A DNA stretch of 64,000 bases from Candidatus Binatia bacterium (GTDB lineage Bacteria > Desulfobacterota > Binatia > Bin18): positions 96,001 through 160,000 of the forward strand of contig CAXXHG010000039.1 in NCBI GenBank assembly GCA_963666315.2. Reading direction: 5' to 3'. Each line of letters opens with the position of its first letter. The stretch's first letter is position 1. Below the pieces are notes generated by a model. That model was not told the DNA's origin, ran no database searches, and saw only the letters and a program-made list of their open reading frames with translations. The translations under genes and the position numbers were made by a program. Positions 32,392 through 43,449 of the stretch are shown in pieces.

Positions 32392-33330
32392 TTAGTCTTG
32401 TTTAAGCGATTTAAATATGGACCCAAGGTCTTCTTTTGCCGTGTTGCCCTTGCTGAGTTCGACTTTGAGTTTCTCCCCGAGCTCAGCGGCTGCCCACATA
32501 CCTTTTTTCCTGACGGTTCCAACAGAATGCCAGCCCTGCATGAGCCACACACAGCCGCCACCTACACGAAATACTTCGCCGTGGACATTCGCTGCATCTT
32601 CACTCGCAAGCCACGTCACTAACGGAGCAATATGACCGGGGTCAAAATAATCGTGTTCGCCTTCCTTTTCCGGGCCGGCCATAAGCCCGGCGGTTTGCGG
32701 CGTCGCATCCACGGTCATACGCGTGCGGGCAAGCGGCGCGATGGCATTCCCTGTGACCCCATATTTCTGCATCTCGCGGTCAATAATAATGGCCAGTGTT
32801 GCCAAGGCGGCTTTTGCCGGGCCGTAGTTCGGTTGGCCTGGGCTGCCGAGCAGACCTGCGTCTGACGAGGTATTGATCACGCGGCCATTCAAGATATTCC
32901 CCTGTTTGTGCTGCTCGCGCCAGTATTCGCAGGCGTGCCGAGCACAGTTGAAGGACCCCTTGAGGTGGACGTTCAGAACGGTATCCCACTCTTCTTCCGA
33001 CATGTTGAAGATCATGCGGTCACGCAGGATGCCCGCGTTGTTGACCAGGATGTTGAGCTTGCCGAAAGAGTCGATGGCACATTCGACAATACGCTTGGCA
33101 CCTTTGAAATCCGTTACGCTCTCGAAATTGGCGACGGCCTCTCCACCTGCGGCTTTGATTTCATCTACCACTTGCTGGGCCGGGCTGCTATCTGAGCCCG
33201 TTCCATCAAAACTTCCACCCAGATCGTTCACCACGACCTTGGCCCCGTTTTGAGCAAGAAGCAACGCTTCCTCACGCCCAATACCGCGACCTGCTCCAGT
33301 CACAATAGCGACTCTGCCGTCCAGTAACAT
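32392..33330 (-). CDS. Short-chain dehydrogenase/reductase (hydroxyacyl-CoA dehydrogenase-like)
   Basis: TGAGRGIG, VVVNDLG, NNAGILRD and NYGPAK. Confidence 0.92.
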   Translation of the reverse strand: MLLDGRVAIVTGAGRGIGREEALLLAQNGAKVVVNDLGGSFDGTGSDSSPAQQVVDEIKAAGGEAVANFESVTDFKGAKRIVECAIDSFGKLNILVNNAGILRDRMIFNMSEEEWDTVLNVHLKGSFNCARHACEYWREQHKQGNILNGRVINTSSDAGLLGSPGQPNYGPAKAALATLAIIIDREMQKYGVTGNAIAPLARTRMTVDATPQTAGLMAGPEKEGEHDYFDPGHIAPLVTWLASEDAANVHGEVFRVGGGCVWLMQGWHSVGTVRKKGMWAAAELGEKLKVELSKGNTAKEDLGSIFKSLKQD

Positions 33331-33505
33331 GTGTCGTTCTCCTTATTCGATTGTCTCAGTTTATTCAGTAAACGACGGTAGTTAAGCCACTCTTGTCTGC
33401 CTGAGATACTGGGATTTGTCAAGGAGTTAGAGGCAGACAGAGGTGAAAAAAACCTGGCGAAATATGTTCGCCAGGGTTCATTTGAGCGGAGGCTGATACG
33501 AGGAT

Positions 33506-34918
33506 TTACGCGTCGTAGTAGAGCATAAATTCGTACGGGTGGGGGCGCAGGCGCAGTTGATCAATCTCCTGCGTACGTTTGTATTCGACCCAGGTTTCAA
33601 TCACATCTTGCGTGAAAACATCGCCTTTTAACAAGAAGTCATGGTCTTTTTCTAACGCAGCAAGAGCATCCTCTAGTGAGCTAGGCACGGACGGGACATT
33701 GGCCAGCTCTTCCGGCGTCAGAGCGTAGATGTCTTTATCCAGCGGATCGCCAGGATTCAGTTTGCGTTCAACACCGTCGAGACCGGCCATGAGCATGACC
33801 GAGAAGACCAGGTAGCCATTGGCAGTAGGATCAGGGAAGCGGACCTCAATGCGTTTGGCCTTAGGACTCATCGAATACATAGGGATACGAACGGCTGCTG
33901 AACGGTTTCGGGAAGAGTAGGCCAGGTTTACTGGCGCCTCAAAACCCGGGACCAGGCGGCGGTAAGAGTTTGCCGTCGGGGCGGCAAACGCGCAGATGGC
34001 AGGCGCGTGGACCAGGATGCCGGCAATATAGTGCATGGCAAGTTCGCTCATCCCCCCGTATCCGTCTCCAGCAAACAGCGGGATGCCGTCTTTCCAAATC
34101 GACTGGTGGACGTGCATGCCCGAGCCATTGTCCCCGAACAGCGGTTTGGGCATGAAGGTGGCTGTTTTTCCATGCTTTTTGGCGACGTTCTTCACAATAT
34201 ATTTATACCATTGCAGAGCATCCGCCATCTCAACCAGGGGGAGAAAGCGTAAGTCGATCTCAGCTTGTCCTGCAGTAGCCACCTCGTGGTGATGCTTTTC
34301 AACCCGAAGCCCGACCTGCTCCATGGTCTGAACCATCTCGGTCCGGATGTCTTGGAAGGAATCGAGTGGCGAAACCGGGAAATAGCCTTCTTTGTGACGC
34401 GGCTTATAACCGAGGTTAGGACCCTCATCGCGGCCAGAGTTCCATATGCCCTCCACCGAGTTCACGTGATAATAGCCTTCATAAGCATTCTGATCGTAGC
34501 GCACGTCGTCAAGAATGAAAAATTCCGGCTCCGGACCGAAATAGGCAACCTCGCCAAAACCACCAGACTGGACATAGGCTTCCGCTTTTCTGGCAATGCA
34601 GCGCGGGTCACGTGAATACGGCTCTCGGGTAATCGGGTCAACAATATTCCCCAATAAGCTCAGCGTTGGCTTTTCGCAGAACGGATCCATGACGGCCGTA
34701 CTGGGATCGGGCATGACCAGCATATCCGAGGCGTTGATGGGCTGCCAGCCACGAATGGATGATCCGTCGAAGCCTGATCCGTCTTCGAAGAGATCTTCAT
34801 CGTACTCACTCATCGGTATGGTGAAGTGTTGCCAGGTGCCGATTAAGTCCATGAACTTGAGGTCGACTAACTGGGCGCCCTTCTCTTTTGCCAATGCGAT
34901 AGCTTCTTGTGGTGTCAT
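33506..34918 (-). CDS. glnA: Glutamine synthetase type I
   Basis: [43 protein letters not shown] and the DKDIY adenylylation region. Confidence 0.98.
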   Translation of the reverse strand: MTPQEAIALAKEKGAQLVDLKFMDLIGTWQHFTIPMSEYDEDLFEDGSGFDGSSIRGWQPINASDMLVMPDPSTAVMDPFCEKPTLSLLGNIVDPITREPYSRDPRCIARKAEAYVQSGGFGEVAYFGPEPEFFILDDVRYDQNAYEGYYHVNSVEGIWNSGRDEGPNLGYKPRHKEGYFPVSPLDSFQDIRTEMVQTMEQVGLRVEKHHHEVATAGQAEIDLRFLPLVEMADALQWYKYIVKNVAKKHGKTATFMPKPLFGDNGSGMHVHQSIWKDGIPLFAGDGYGGMSELAMHYIAGILVHAPAICAFAAPTANSYRRLVPGFEAPVNLAYSSRNRSAAVRIPMYSMSPKAKRIEVRFPDPTANGYLVFSVMLMAGLDGVERKLNPGDPLDKDIYALTPEELANVPSVPSSLEDALAALEKDHDFLLKGDVFTQDVIETWVEYKRTQEIDQLRLRPHPYEFMLYYDA

Positions 34919-34973
34919 ATTGACCCTGTCCTCCTTAACCGTAAAACAATTGCGATGTTGTTATGGTACGCGG

Positions 34974-35345
<372 letters not shown>

Positions 35346-35531
35346 CTAACAATAAAATACACGGATTATAAAGCGGATGGGCATATTTCGGAGGGAACCA
35401 TCCGCCTGGCAGCATAATAACAAAGTAAGACAAATGCCAGACCACACGGCGCCGGAGAGCAGGAAATTGCTGAAGAAATCACGTCCACGCCGGAAGGGGA
35501 TGCTGCCTAGTTCACAGGCAGCGCTTTTTAT

Positions 35532-36155
35532 TTAGGCAGACGGTGATGAATTCCTGAAATGAAATTTCTGCTCTTCGCCTCTCATAAGACGGCTAATGTT
35601 TTCATGATGGCGGACAATTATCAGGACTGCGATGATTATACCCGCAATGATATGCGGTCGAGGGGAGGAGGAGGAGAAGATAAGAATCGGCGTCAGTGCT
35701 GCCGCGACAATAGAGGCAAGGGAGACAAGACGCGTTGTGGCAAAAACGATTGCAAAGCCGAGGAACGCAGTCAGGATGGCAGTCGGTGCCAGTCCAAGGA
35801 ATACGCCCAGTCCGGTGGCCACCCCTTTCCCTCCAGAAAAGCGCATAAACACAGGGAAGACGTGCCCGAGGATGGCCATCACTGCTGTACTGGCTTGGAC
35901 AATCTCTCCCAGGCCCCACCAACCGACAATAAGAACGGGGAGTAGCCCTTTGAGAACATCGCCTACGAGGGTGAGGATGCCCGCGGTTTTTCCAGCTGTG
36001 CGTGCGACGTTGGTGGCCCCAATATTCCCGCTCCCGGCCTCACTCACGGTAATACCCTGCCGCTTTGCGATGAGTACGCCAGTTGGAATGGAGCCACACA
36101 GGTAAGCGGCGATACTGGCGATGACCAGAACGCCAAGGTCTAGTTCTGAGGCCAT
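35532..36155 (-). CDS. plsY: Glycerol-3-phosphate acyltransferase PlsY
   Basis: GSGNIGATN, GHVFP, GGKGVAT and RHHENI. Confidence 0.95.
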   Translation of the reverse strand: MASELDLGVLVIASIAAYLCGSIPTGVLIAKRQGITVSEAGSGNIGATNVARTAGKTAGILTLVGDVLKGLLPVLIVGWWGLGEIVQASTAVMAILGHVFPVFMRFSGGKGVATGLGVFLGLAPTAILTAFLGFAIVFATTRLVSLASIVAAALTPILIFSSSSPRPHIIAGIIIAVLIIVRHHENISRLMRGEEQKFHFRNSSPSA

Positions 36156-36223
36156 AGTGTCTGAGACTACTTCTGGAAAGTGCTAAGGAGCAAAGTGCCC
36201 GGGAGCAAAAGGCCGAATGGAAA

Positions 36224-36300
36224 TGGTCGGGGTGACTGGATTTGAACCAGCGACCCCACGGTCCCGAACCGTGTGCTCTACCAGGCTGAGCCACACCCCG
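36224..36300 (-). tRNA. tRNA-Pro (anticodon CGG), CCA encoded
   Basis: Minus strand reads CGGGGTGTGGCTCAGCCTGGTAGAGCACACGGTTCGGGACCGTGGGGTCGCTGGTTCAAATCCAGTCACCCCGACCA. Confidence 0.97.
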
Positions 36301-36455
36301 ACACGGATATTTCCTATTCGCCTCCTAATAGCTTAGGGCGGGTCTTGGGGTCAAGTAGGGCCCAGGGTCAGCCCAGTCAGGCCTAGCCAGCCTGGGCTGG
36401 ATAGGGCTATAACAAGACTCAGTGTTCCTTTTCCTGGGCGACTAGGGGTGAATAC

Positions 36456-36887
36456 TCATACGAGCGAACAGTGCAAAACCGCTCCGGAGCGCTGAAATCC
36501 GTCTTCCATAAGAAGCTCCAGTAGCATCCGGGATGAGTGCTGGTCTGAGGGAGCTGAGCAGGTCAAGACCTGACAACCACGTTTACGTGCTCGTTCCTTG
36601 GCAAAGCGCAGCAATGCTCGACCAATGTCAGGCGATGCGGTCTGGAGTACGGCCGTATCCAGAACAGCCTGCCAGCCGGGGTTCCGAAGTGCACGGACAT
36701 AGCTCACGAGGAGCATACCTCGGAGAGTTCCATCCCGTTCCGCAACATAGAAATCGTGGGCCGGGTCTTGGGCAAGATGCCGCCAGTGGCGCGCGACTGC
36801 TTTGCTGAGTTCTCCAGAATCCTCTGGAAAGAGCAGAGCCTGCAATGCAACACAGTCCGTTCGTTTTCCTCTACGGATGGTGAACAT
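36456..36887 (-). CDS. GNAT-family N-acetyltransferase-like protein
   Basis: GGAAGG RBS, FTIRRG, FYVAE and IGRALLRFAKERARKRGC. Confidence 0.7.
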   Translation of the reverse strand: MFTIRRGKRTDCVALQALLFPEDSGELSKAVARHWRHLAQDPAHDFYVAERDGTLRGMLLVSYVRALRNPGWQAVLDTAVLQTASPDIGRALLRFAKERARKRGCQVLTCSAPSDQHSSRMLLELLMEDGFQRSGAVLHCSLV

Positions 36888-37067
36888 GGCATGCCTTCCT
36901 AACACACATTGCTACAAACCAGGAATCCCGCCAGCAGTCCTGCCAGAAGTCCCGGCCAGAGATGCCGTCAGCCTGTTGCGCGCGGCCCGAAAAAACTCTA
37001 CTGTCCATGTCCCTCTGTCAAGCCGCTCCGACTTCTTCTCTGGAAATGAAGTGTCCGGCTTTATGCA

Positions 37068-38363
37068 ATGTCTTCTGCTGCGCCACTGAATATTGAACGT
37101 CTTGCTTACGGTCCGGCAGGTGTTGGGCGCATCGACGGGAAAGTCGTCTTCGTCCCTCATACCGCCCCCGGCGACCGGGTAGACGTTGTCCTGACGGAAG
37201 AGAAAAAACGTCATGCAATAGGACGTGTGATGGCTCTCCGACACTCTGGACCAGAGCGGCGGCAGCCGCCCTGTCCATATATACCGCGCTGTGGTGGATG
37301 TCCCTGGCAACATGTGACGTATGCCGAACAACTCCGTGCCAAGGAGTCGCTAGTGCGGGAGAATATGCGGCGGATTGGTGGTATGGCCGATCCCCCGGTC
37401 TTGCCGATTATTCCCAGTCCTGAGGAATGGCGCTATCGCCACCGCATTCGACTCCGAACAGAGTCCCCTGCACGACTTGGCTTCTATCAAGCGCAGTCGC
37501 ACGAGCTGGTAGAACTGGCCGATTGCCTTATCGCCGGGAAAAACAGCGCAACACACCTCTCTTGTGCCCGTGACTGGCTGGCTCACCTGCACACTCTCGT
37601 CCGACGTGTCGAGCTGCTCACGAGCGACCCTGTCTGCACCGCTGCCGAGGACGTCGTGCTCATGGGGAACGCTGAAGGACCTTTTCAGCCAGCAGACGAC
37701 GAGGCGTGTGCCGCTTTTTTGCGAGCCCATGCGGTTGTCTCGGGACTGATCCTCTTTGGGCGAGGCTGGCGACGGACCTGGGGGAAGACGCGCGTGGTCC
37801 TAGACTTGGGCGTTGATGGGATGACCCTCGAAGTGAAGAATGGTGGCTTCACGCAAGTCAATCCAGCGGGCAATCGGGTATTGATCAAAACCCTCCTTCG
37901 GCTTGGTGGTTTTGATAAGTCACACATAGTGATTGAATGTTATAGTGGGTCGGGAAACTTTAGTCTGCCCATTGCGAAGCAGGTCCGCGAACTCACTGGG
38001 ATAGAGCAAGATTCCCAGGCTATTGCGGACGCTCGGGATAATGCAAAGCGGGTCGGATTACGCAATGTCCGGTTTCTGCGGACCTCCGCTCAGGTGGGTG
38101 TCCGGACCCTTATCCGGCGCCACGTCCGCGCCGACGTGCTGGTCTTAGATCCGCCACGAGCTGGGGCGGCGGAGATCGTCGAAAACATTCCTCAGCTGGG
38201 GGTACACACGGTCGTCTATCTCTCGTGCGACCCGACCACTTTAGCTCGCGACTTGGGACGTTTAGTCCAATTCGGCTATCGTGTGGACTGTCTCCAACCC
38301 GTTGATCTTTTTCCGCAAACCTACCACGTCGAAACAATAGCGACTGCTGTATTGACTTCATGA
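37068..38363 (+). CDS. rlmD: RlmD/RumA-family RNA (uracil-5)-methyltransferase with TRAM domain
   Basis: CPYIPRCGGCPWQH Fe-S motif, FTQVN, DPPRAG, YLSCDP and DLFPQTYHVE. Confidence 0.88.
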   Translation: MSSAAPLNIERLAYGPAGVGRIDGKVVFVPHTAPGDRVDVVLTEEKKRHAIGRVMALRHSGPERRQPPCPYIPRCGGCPWQHVTYAEQLRAKESLVRENMRRIGGMADPPVLPIIPSPEEWRYRHRIRLRTESPARLGFYQAQSHELVELADCLIAGKNSATHLSCARDWLAHLHTLVRRVELLTSDPVCTAAEDVVLMGNAEGPFQPADDEACAAFLRAHAVVSGLILFGRGWRRTWGKTRVVLDLGVDGMTLEVKNGGFTQVNPAGNRVLIKTLLRLGGFDKSHIVIECYSGSGNFSLPIAKQVRELTGIEQDSQAIADARDNAKRVGLRNVRFLRTSAQVGVRTLIRRHVRADVLVLDPPRAGAAEIVENIPQLGVHTVVYLSCDPTTLARDLGRLVQFGYRVDCLQPVDLFPQTYHVETIATAVLTS

Positions 38364-38380
38364 AAACCGACCCCTATGCT
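38352..38380 (+). promoter_or_regulatory. Sigma70-like promoter
   Basis: TTGACT, 17-bp spacer, TATGCT. Confidence 0.5.
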
Positions 38381-38433
38381 GCCTACAGGACCCCCGTCCC
38401 GCATCTGGATACGGTGCTTCGGTGGAGAGAATC

Positions 38434-38685
38434 ATGTCATCAAATACACAAGAAAAGTCACGCCCTTCGAAAGTCACCCTGATCCCTGCTAAAGGGGTGT
38501 CCCAAACCATTAATTACTTGCTGGAAGATCGTGACGAGCTTGAATGGCTAGTCGCGATTGGACGTAATAAACGCGGCGAGATTTTCTTCTATGATACCGG
38601 CGGCGATATCATAGAAGACCTCGGCAGCCTTGATTATCTCAAGCAACGGCTGCTGCGTGCGCACTTTGGTGACGAGTGGGAGTAA
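38434..38685 (+). CDS. Small acidic hypothetical protein
   Basis: GGAG RBS and a promoter upstream, with globular composition. Confidence 0.65.
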   Translation: MSSNTQEKSRPSKVTLIPAKGVSQTINYLLEDRDELEWLVAIGRNKRGEIFFYDTGGDIIEDLGSLDYLKQRLLRAHFGDEWE

Positions 38686-38732
38686 AGCCGCTGTTCGTTT
38701 CAGGAGCCGGCAGCTTTCCGGTCGTCTGACAG

Positions 38733-39107
38733 CTAGCTGTCCGCATCTTCAAGCGGCGTATCCGCCATAATGCAGTCGCCCTCTATCCTGAGGGGTACGC
38801 GGGGCAGAAACTTCCCGCACGGCGGGCCAAAAATACATTCTCCGGTTTCCGGCTCAAAGGCTGCCCCGTGCGTTGAGCACAGGATGTAGCGCCCATCTTC
38901 AGTCAGGAATTGATTGTCGATCCAGTCCATCGTCATCGGCACATGGGCGCAGCGGTTGACGTAGGCAAAATATCGTCCGCCATAATTCACCAGGAAACAT
39001 TCTGTTTCCCGGCCCTCAACAGACAGTAGAAATTTCTTCGTCTGTCCGGGCTCTACTTCCCCTACCTGGGCGACGGTGACCAATACAGGTGTCTCAGGCT
39101 GTGACAC
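38733..39107 (-). CDS. Rieske [2Fe-2S] ferredoxin
   Basis: NRCAH and CSTHGAAF motifs. Confidence 0.93.
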   Translation of the reverse strand: MSQPETPVLVTVAQVGEVEPGQTKKFLLSVEGRETECFLVNYGGRYFAYVNRCAHVPMTMDWIDNQFLTEDGRYILCSTHGAAFEPETGECIFGPPCGKFLPRVPLRIEGDCIMADTPLEDADS

Positions 39108-39186
39108 TCAGGCCTCCTATAGTATCTCTACGCGTTACAACGTAGTGTAGCATTGAGACAAAAGAAGGGGAATCGAGCCGTCGCGT

Positions 39187-39885
39187 ATGGGCGTCCGTCT
39201 CGCAACAGAAGAAAGAAAAAACAGGGGACGGAGCGTCCTGATGCGGTGTCTGAGTTCCACTGTGGGCCTCGTTATAGGAATGGTCACACGAAGTTTTGCC
39301 GATGAAGGCGTGCCGGTCCCACCGCTCGACGCGGGTCTTGTCTTAACCCTGCATCCCATTGTCGTGCATTTTGCGATTGCTCTCATTGTCTTTGGCGTAC
39401 TCCTTGACTGTGGGGGGAGTATCCTGCGCAATCGCGATTGGCAACGGGCCGGTCAGATCGGTTTTTTTGCGGGCGCCGGTGCAATTGGTCTGGCGGTCCT
39501 CAGCGGCTGGATTGAGCAGCAATTGCCACAACCCAGCAGTGTCTTTGATCCCCAAGTCCAGGGGTTGTTCTTTTACCATGAGTATGGCGGCTATGCTTTG
39601 CTTGGCTTTTTTATCATTCTCACCGTTGCGCGGCTGCAAATCAATGCGCAGCTCCCGCTTGTGTATATGATCCTGGCCGGCCTGGGTCTCATCGGTCTGA
39701 CGATCCAAGGCTATTGGGGTGGGGAGATGGTCTACCGGTATGGCGCAGGCGTGCGTGCAGTCCAGGTGTTGAGTGCAGCGGCCGCCACGCAGGCGAGACA
39801 GAGTGGTCTGCCTACTCAGGCTATGCAGACGGACAGCGGACAAAGTAACCCCCAGGAGCATGTTCCCCTGGGGGTTACTCCGTAA
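39187..39885 (+). CDS. DUF2231-type membrane protein (conserved His; start uncertain)
   Basis: LHPIVVHFAIAL, HEYGG and GYWGGEMVYRYGAGV. Confidence 0.8.
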   Translation: MGVRLATEERKNRGRSVLMRCLSSTVGLVIGMVTRSFADEGVPVPPLDAGLVLTLHPIVVHFAIALIVFGVLLDCGGSILRNRDWQRAGQIGFFAGAGAIGLAVLSGWIEQQLPQPSSVFDPQVQGLFFYHEYGGYALLGFFIILTVARLQINAQLPLVYMILAGLGLIGLTIQGYWGGEMVYRYGAGVRAVQVLSAAAATQARQSGLPTQAMQTDSGQSNPQEHVPLGVTP

Positions 39886-39893
39886 CCAACTCG

Positions 39894-40097
39894 TTAGTCT
39901 GCAGTCTCGTTTGCCTTGAAACCCGCTTTTGTATGCGTCCCGTCGCAAAACGGCTTGTTCGCCGATTGGCCACACCGGCACAGGTACACCGCATCGTCCT
40001 CAGTCTTATACGCATTCCGCTTCTGATCGGTAACGCCGACTGCCCCTTTGACCTCATACGGACCGTTTTTCAGTACCCGAATCGTAACCTCTGCCAT
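39894..40097 (-). CDS. CDGSH iron-sulfur domain protein
   Basis: NGPY and LCRCGQSANKPFCDGTH, with a GAGGAGG RBS. Confidence 0.93.
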   Translation of the reverse strand: MAEVTIRVLKNGPYEVKGAVGVTDQKRNAYKTEDDAVYLCRCGQSANKPFCDGTHTKAGFKANETAD

Positions 40098-40285
40098 ACG
40101 ATATCCTCCTCTTGCAAATAATCTTGACGCATGTCGCATTGCATTGTTACACACCCTATGCCGTGTTGCACACCTCATGCATTGATGCGCACCCTCCTGC
40201 CTGTCATCCAGAATGGCAAAAAATGGAAAATGTGAGACGTACTCCATGACTGTTTTCGATTATTTTCGACTGTTTTCCCCGCAGG

Positions 40286-41431
40286 TCAGTCCGCTTCATT
40301 CGGTGACTCATGCAGGGCCGGCGGAGGAGCTGGTTCTTGGGGCAGGCCAAACGGAGTGAGATCAAACGACGACTGGCCAGTCATAATCAGTTCGCTGATC
40401 AACGTGGCGGTAATGGGAGCCAGGACAATACCGTTGCGATGATGGCCCGTGGCTAGGATGACATTGTCGAGTTCAGGCGCGTGACACAAGATGGGGCGGC
40501 GCGTCGGGGAGTATGGTCGCAGACCGGCCCAGAAACGGCTCAGCGGCGCTTTACTGATACCCGGGACGAGGGCTTCCGAACGAAGGATAAAAGATTGTAT
40601 GGTTTCGAGGGTCACATCTTTCGTATGGCCGACATACTCGACGGTTGAACCAATGATGACCTCGCCGTTTTTGCGCGGAACTAGGTAGTGTTCGTCATGA
40701 GAGATGACGTGCTTGAGCAGGGTTGTTCGTACGGCCAGCATTTGTCCTTTGGCCGGTTTTACGGGAATGCTGATGCCAAATAAATCTCCGACCTGGCGTG
40801 ACCAGGCGCCGGCCGCAATTACGACTGTGCCCGCCTCGACCCATTCTTCGCCAATACGGAGAGAGTGCGCTTTTCCATTCTTGAGACGAACTGCATTGAC
40901 TGTGGTATCCACACGAAACTGGACGCCACGTTTTCCCGCCGCCTGTGCCCACGCTTCGACCAGTTTTCCGTTATGCAGATGGTGATCTCCGCTAAAATGC
41001 ACCGCAGCGCGTATGTCTATCGTGAGCGCGGGCTCAACGCGGTGTACCTCGTCCGCTGATAGCCAGGTGACTGGATGGCCTTGCTCCCGCCTGACGTCAT
41101 ACAGATCTCGGTATTTTTTCTCATCTGCATCGTTACGGATCAGGCCCAGCACCCCGACTGTCTGATATTCAATATCGATACCCGTGGCCTGCTCGATATC
41201 GTGAATCAGGGCAGGGTAAAGTTCTTGACTGGCCTTCTTGAGCTGATACAGGGGGCCGCGTTGCGAACGGTCGCTTGAGACAGCTAAGATCCCAGCAGCC
41301 GCGGCCGACGCTTCCTGCCCCGGCCGTTGTCTGTCCACCAGAATAGTCTTTTGCTTCTGTCCGGCCAGGGCGTATGCAATGGCGCTGCCTATCACTCCAG
41401 CACCGACAATGACAACGTCTGCTGTAGTCAT
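40286..41431 (-). CDS. thiO: Glycine oxidase ThiO-like FAD oxidoreductase
   Basis: GAGVIG, ASAAAAGIL, PAKGQM, YLVPR, WAGLRP and ATGHHRNGIVLAP. Confidence 0.82.
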   Translation of the reverse strand: MTTADVVIVGAGVIGSAIAYALAGQKQKTILVDRQRPGQEASAAAAGILAVSSDRSQRGPLYQLKKASQELYPALIHDIEQATGIDIEYQTVGVLGLIRNDADEKKYRDLYDVRREQGHPVTWLSADEVHRVEPALTIDIRAAVHFSGDHHLHNGKLVEAWAQAAGKRGVQFRVDTTVNAVRLKNGKAHSLRIGEEWVEAGTVVIAAGAWSRQVGDLFGISIPVKPAKGQMLAVRTTLLKHVISHDEHYLVPRKNGEVIIGSTVEYVGHTKDVTLETIQSFILRSEALVPGISKAPLSRFWAGLRPYSPTRRPILCHAPELDNVILATGHHRNGIVLAPITATLISELIMTGQSSFDLTPFGLPQEPAPPPALHESPNEAD

Positions 41432-41509
41432 GGCCCGCTATTGTAATGATCGAAAGCGGAGAAGAAAGAGTAACGATTGCGGCGGTAGGCGGTCACGATG
41501 GTGCGCAGA

Positions 41510-42364
41510 TTAGTCGAGACTGAAGGCGGGCGCTTTCCCGTTCAGCAGGCTGCCGAGCTCTGCCGCCGGGAAGCGCAGGCCGAGATAGAACGTGCCAAAC
41601 AATCCGTACACCGCACTCGCCTCATCAAAGCGCATCTCGTAGACGAGTTTCTTAAAGACCAGCGGATCGTCCGCAAACAGATCAACGCCCCATTCCCAGT
41701 CGTCAAAGCCGATCGAACCCGAAATGATTTGGGTCACCTGGCCGGCATAGCGTCGGCCGATCATGCCGTGCTCGTGCATCATCTGTTGTCGGACTGCAAT
41801 AGGAACCTGATACCAATTTTTGTCTTCGCCGCGTTTTTTATCCATGGCATAAAAACTGAGATACCGCCGCGCGGGAATCGACGGCCAGATACGGGCGGCC
41901 ATGGCTTTTCGCTTTTGCTCCAGCTCTTTTTCCACAGCTTGCTGCCATTCGGCTGAGCCGGACTGAACACCCTGTTCGGCCAACGCGCGGTACAGGGTGA
42001 TCGAGTCTTGATACAAGCCGAGTTCAACCACCGATAAATACGAAGTCGTGGGTTCAAGAAAATCGCTCAGCTTGAGTTGGGCGACGTGCAACTCGGCATC
42101 ATTGACGGCATCAAACGTACGCCGAAAATGGACCAACATGAGGTCGCCCTTATGCCCTACGAGTGAAAACAGCCCCGTTTGTTCCGGACCGTGCGGCTCC
42201 ATTTCTCTGAATGTGAGCAGCGCCTCTTCAAGAATTTCACTTTGGGCACTGGCCGACACGGCCTTCCAGTCTGTCCAGCGAATGCGGAACATCTGATGCA
42301 GGATGGCCGAGCCTTCTAGGGAAAGGGGCACGGGCGGCATGTCGTGCGCTATTTTTTCTGTCAT
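41510..42364 (-). CDS. hemQ: Coproheme decarboxylase (HemQ/ChdC)
   Basis: GHKGDLM, YLSVVELG, YAMDKKR..NWY, MHEHGMIGR, GFDDWEWGV and YEMRFDE. Confidence 0.9.
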   Translation of the reverse strand: MTEKIAHDMPPVPLSLEGSAILHQMFRIRWTDWKAVSASAQSEILEEALLTFREMEPHGPEQTGLFSLVGHKGDLMLVHFRRTFDAVNDAELHVAQLKLSDFLEPTTSYLSVVELGLYQDSITLYRALAEQGVQSGSAEWQQAVEKELEQKRKAMAARIWPSIPARRYLSFYAMDKKRGEDKNWYQVPIAVRQQMMHEHGMIGRRYAGQVTQIISGSIGFDDWEWGVDLFADDPLVFKKLVYEMRFDEASAVYGLFGTFYLGLRFPAAELGSLLNGKAPAFSLD

Positions 42365-42470
42365 CGGGGCTATAGCCTTTCTGGGTTCACTCTATATGCT
42401 CCTTGAGAATGTTCGGATCAAGTTCGGCCTGCTCAGCATGGACGGTCTGTCATGATTAGCGACGACATGA

Positions 42471-43133
42471 TTAGTGATGAAAAAATGGGGCTGACGCCTG
42501 GGCTGTGGGGCTTGCGATAAAGGGTCCGCGACCAATCGAGCGTCCAGGCGACCTCAGCGTGATAGACGGACTCGACGGCCGAATCGAAGGGTTGGTGTGC
42601 CGAATCGAATGTGTCGGCGGTAGGTCTCCCTCCCCCGATGGGAAAAATATCGCGGGCGCCCAGGACGGAGATGATGGCGACGGTGGCGCGACGCCATAGA
42701 CTATGACCGGCGCTTCAACGTAGTAGGGTTCGTGGATGACTTCGATAATCTGTGGCGGCTGTTCGATAACGATGGAGTCCGGCCCTGCTTCAGCGGCCGG
42801 TTCGACCGGCGGGGCAGGCGGGATAAAATCGGCCGCTGCCTGGCGAACAATAGCTTCGGCCCCATCGGCAGACAGGGTTAAGTGCTGCGCGGTCGCGCCG
42901 CGCCGCGCCGCAGCAGCAAGCTGGTCGACAGTATCAGGATCGAGCGCATGCGCGACTTTCCAGCCTCCAGCAGGTTGTATCCCGATTCCTCTGAGAGGCC
43001 CGAGAGCGTCGGTACTGCCGTTCTTGATGAGGCCAAAATCCACCGCTATCTTCTGGGCAAAGGCCCCCTGGCTGTGCACGGAATAGTTATGGCTTGGGGC
43101 GATGAGCAGCGGCGATGATGCTACTTTTGTCAC
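42471..43133 (-). CDS. Pro-rich hypothetical protein; probable broken 5' part extending to ATG 43335
   Basis: GIQPAGGW core with a Pro-rich tail. An upstream signal-like frame from 43335 ends at TAG 43203. Confidence 0.4.
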   Translation of the reverse strand: MTKVASSPLLIAPSHNYSVHSQGAFAQKIAVDFGLIKNGSTDALGPLRGIGIQPAGGWKVAHALDPDTVDQLAAAARRGATAQHLTLSADGAEAIVRQAAADFIPPAPPVEPAAEAGPDSIVIEQPPQIIEVIHEPYYVEAPVIVYGVAPPSPSSPSWAPAIFFPSGEGDLPPTHSIRHTNPSIRPSSPSITLRSPGRSIGRGPFIASPTAQASAPFFHH

Positions 43134-43449
43134 GGAAGAAGGGAAGCAAGATAGACTATCACGTGATCCTGGTAGGCTGCAGGGATAGTCACACGTTCAT
43201 CTACAATATGGACAACCGCCTCTGGTGTCGGTCCAGCGGTATAAGTCCCGCCGCGGCCTCAGCGACGGGGCCCAGACCGGCAAGACAGACGAGGCTTATA
43301 AGACGGGCGTTCCAGAGAAAAGGCCGCTTCCACATGGCCTCCCATTATAGTCGAGCCAGAGGAGAAACCAAGCCGCTATTGACCAAGCTCCAGCTACATT
43401 GCAGATTGAGACAAATAAGACGGTTTCCCTTTGATCGTTGTACATGCGC

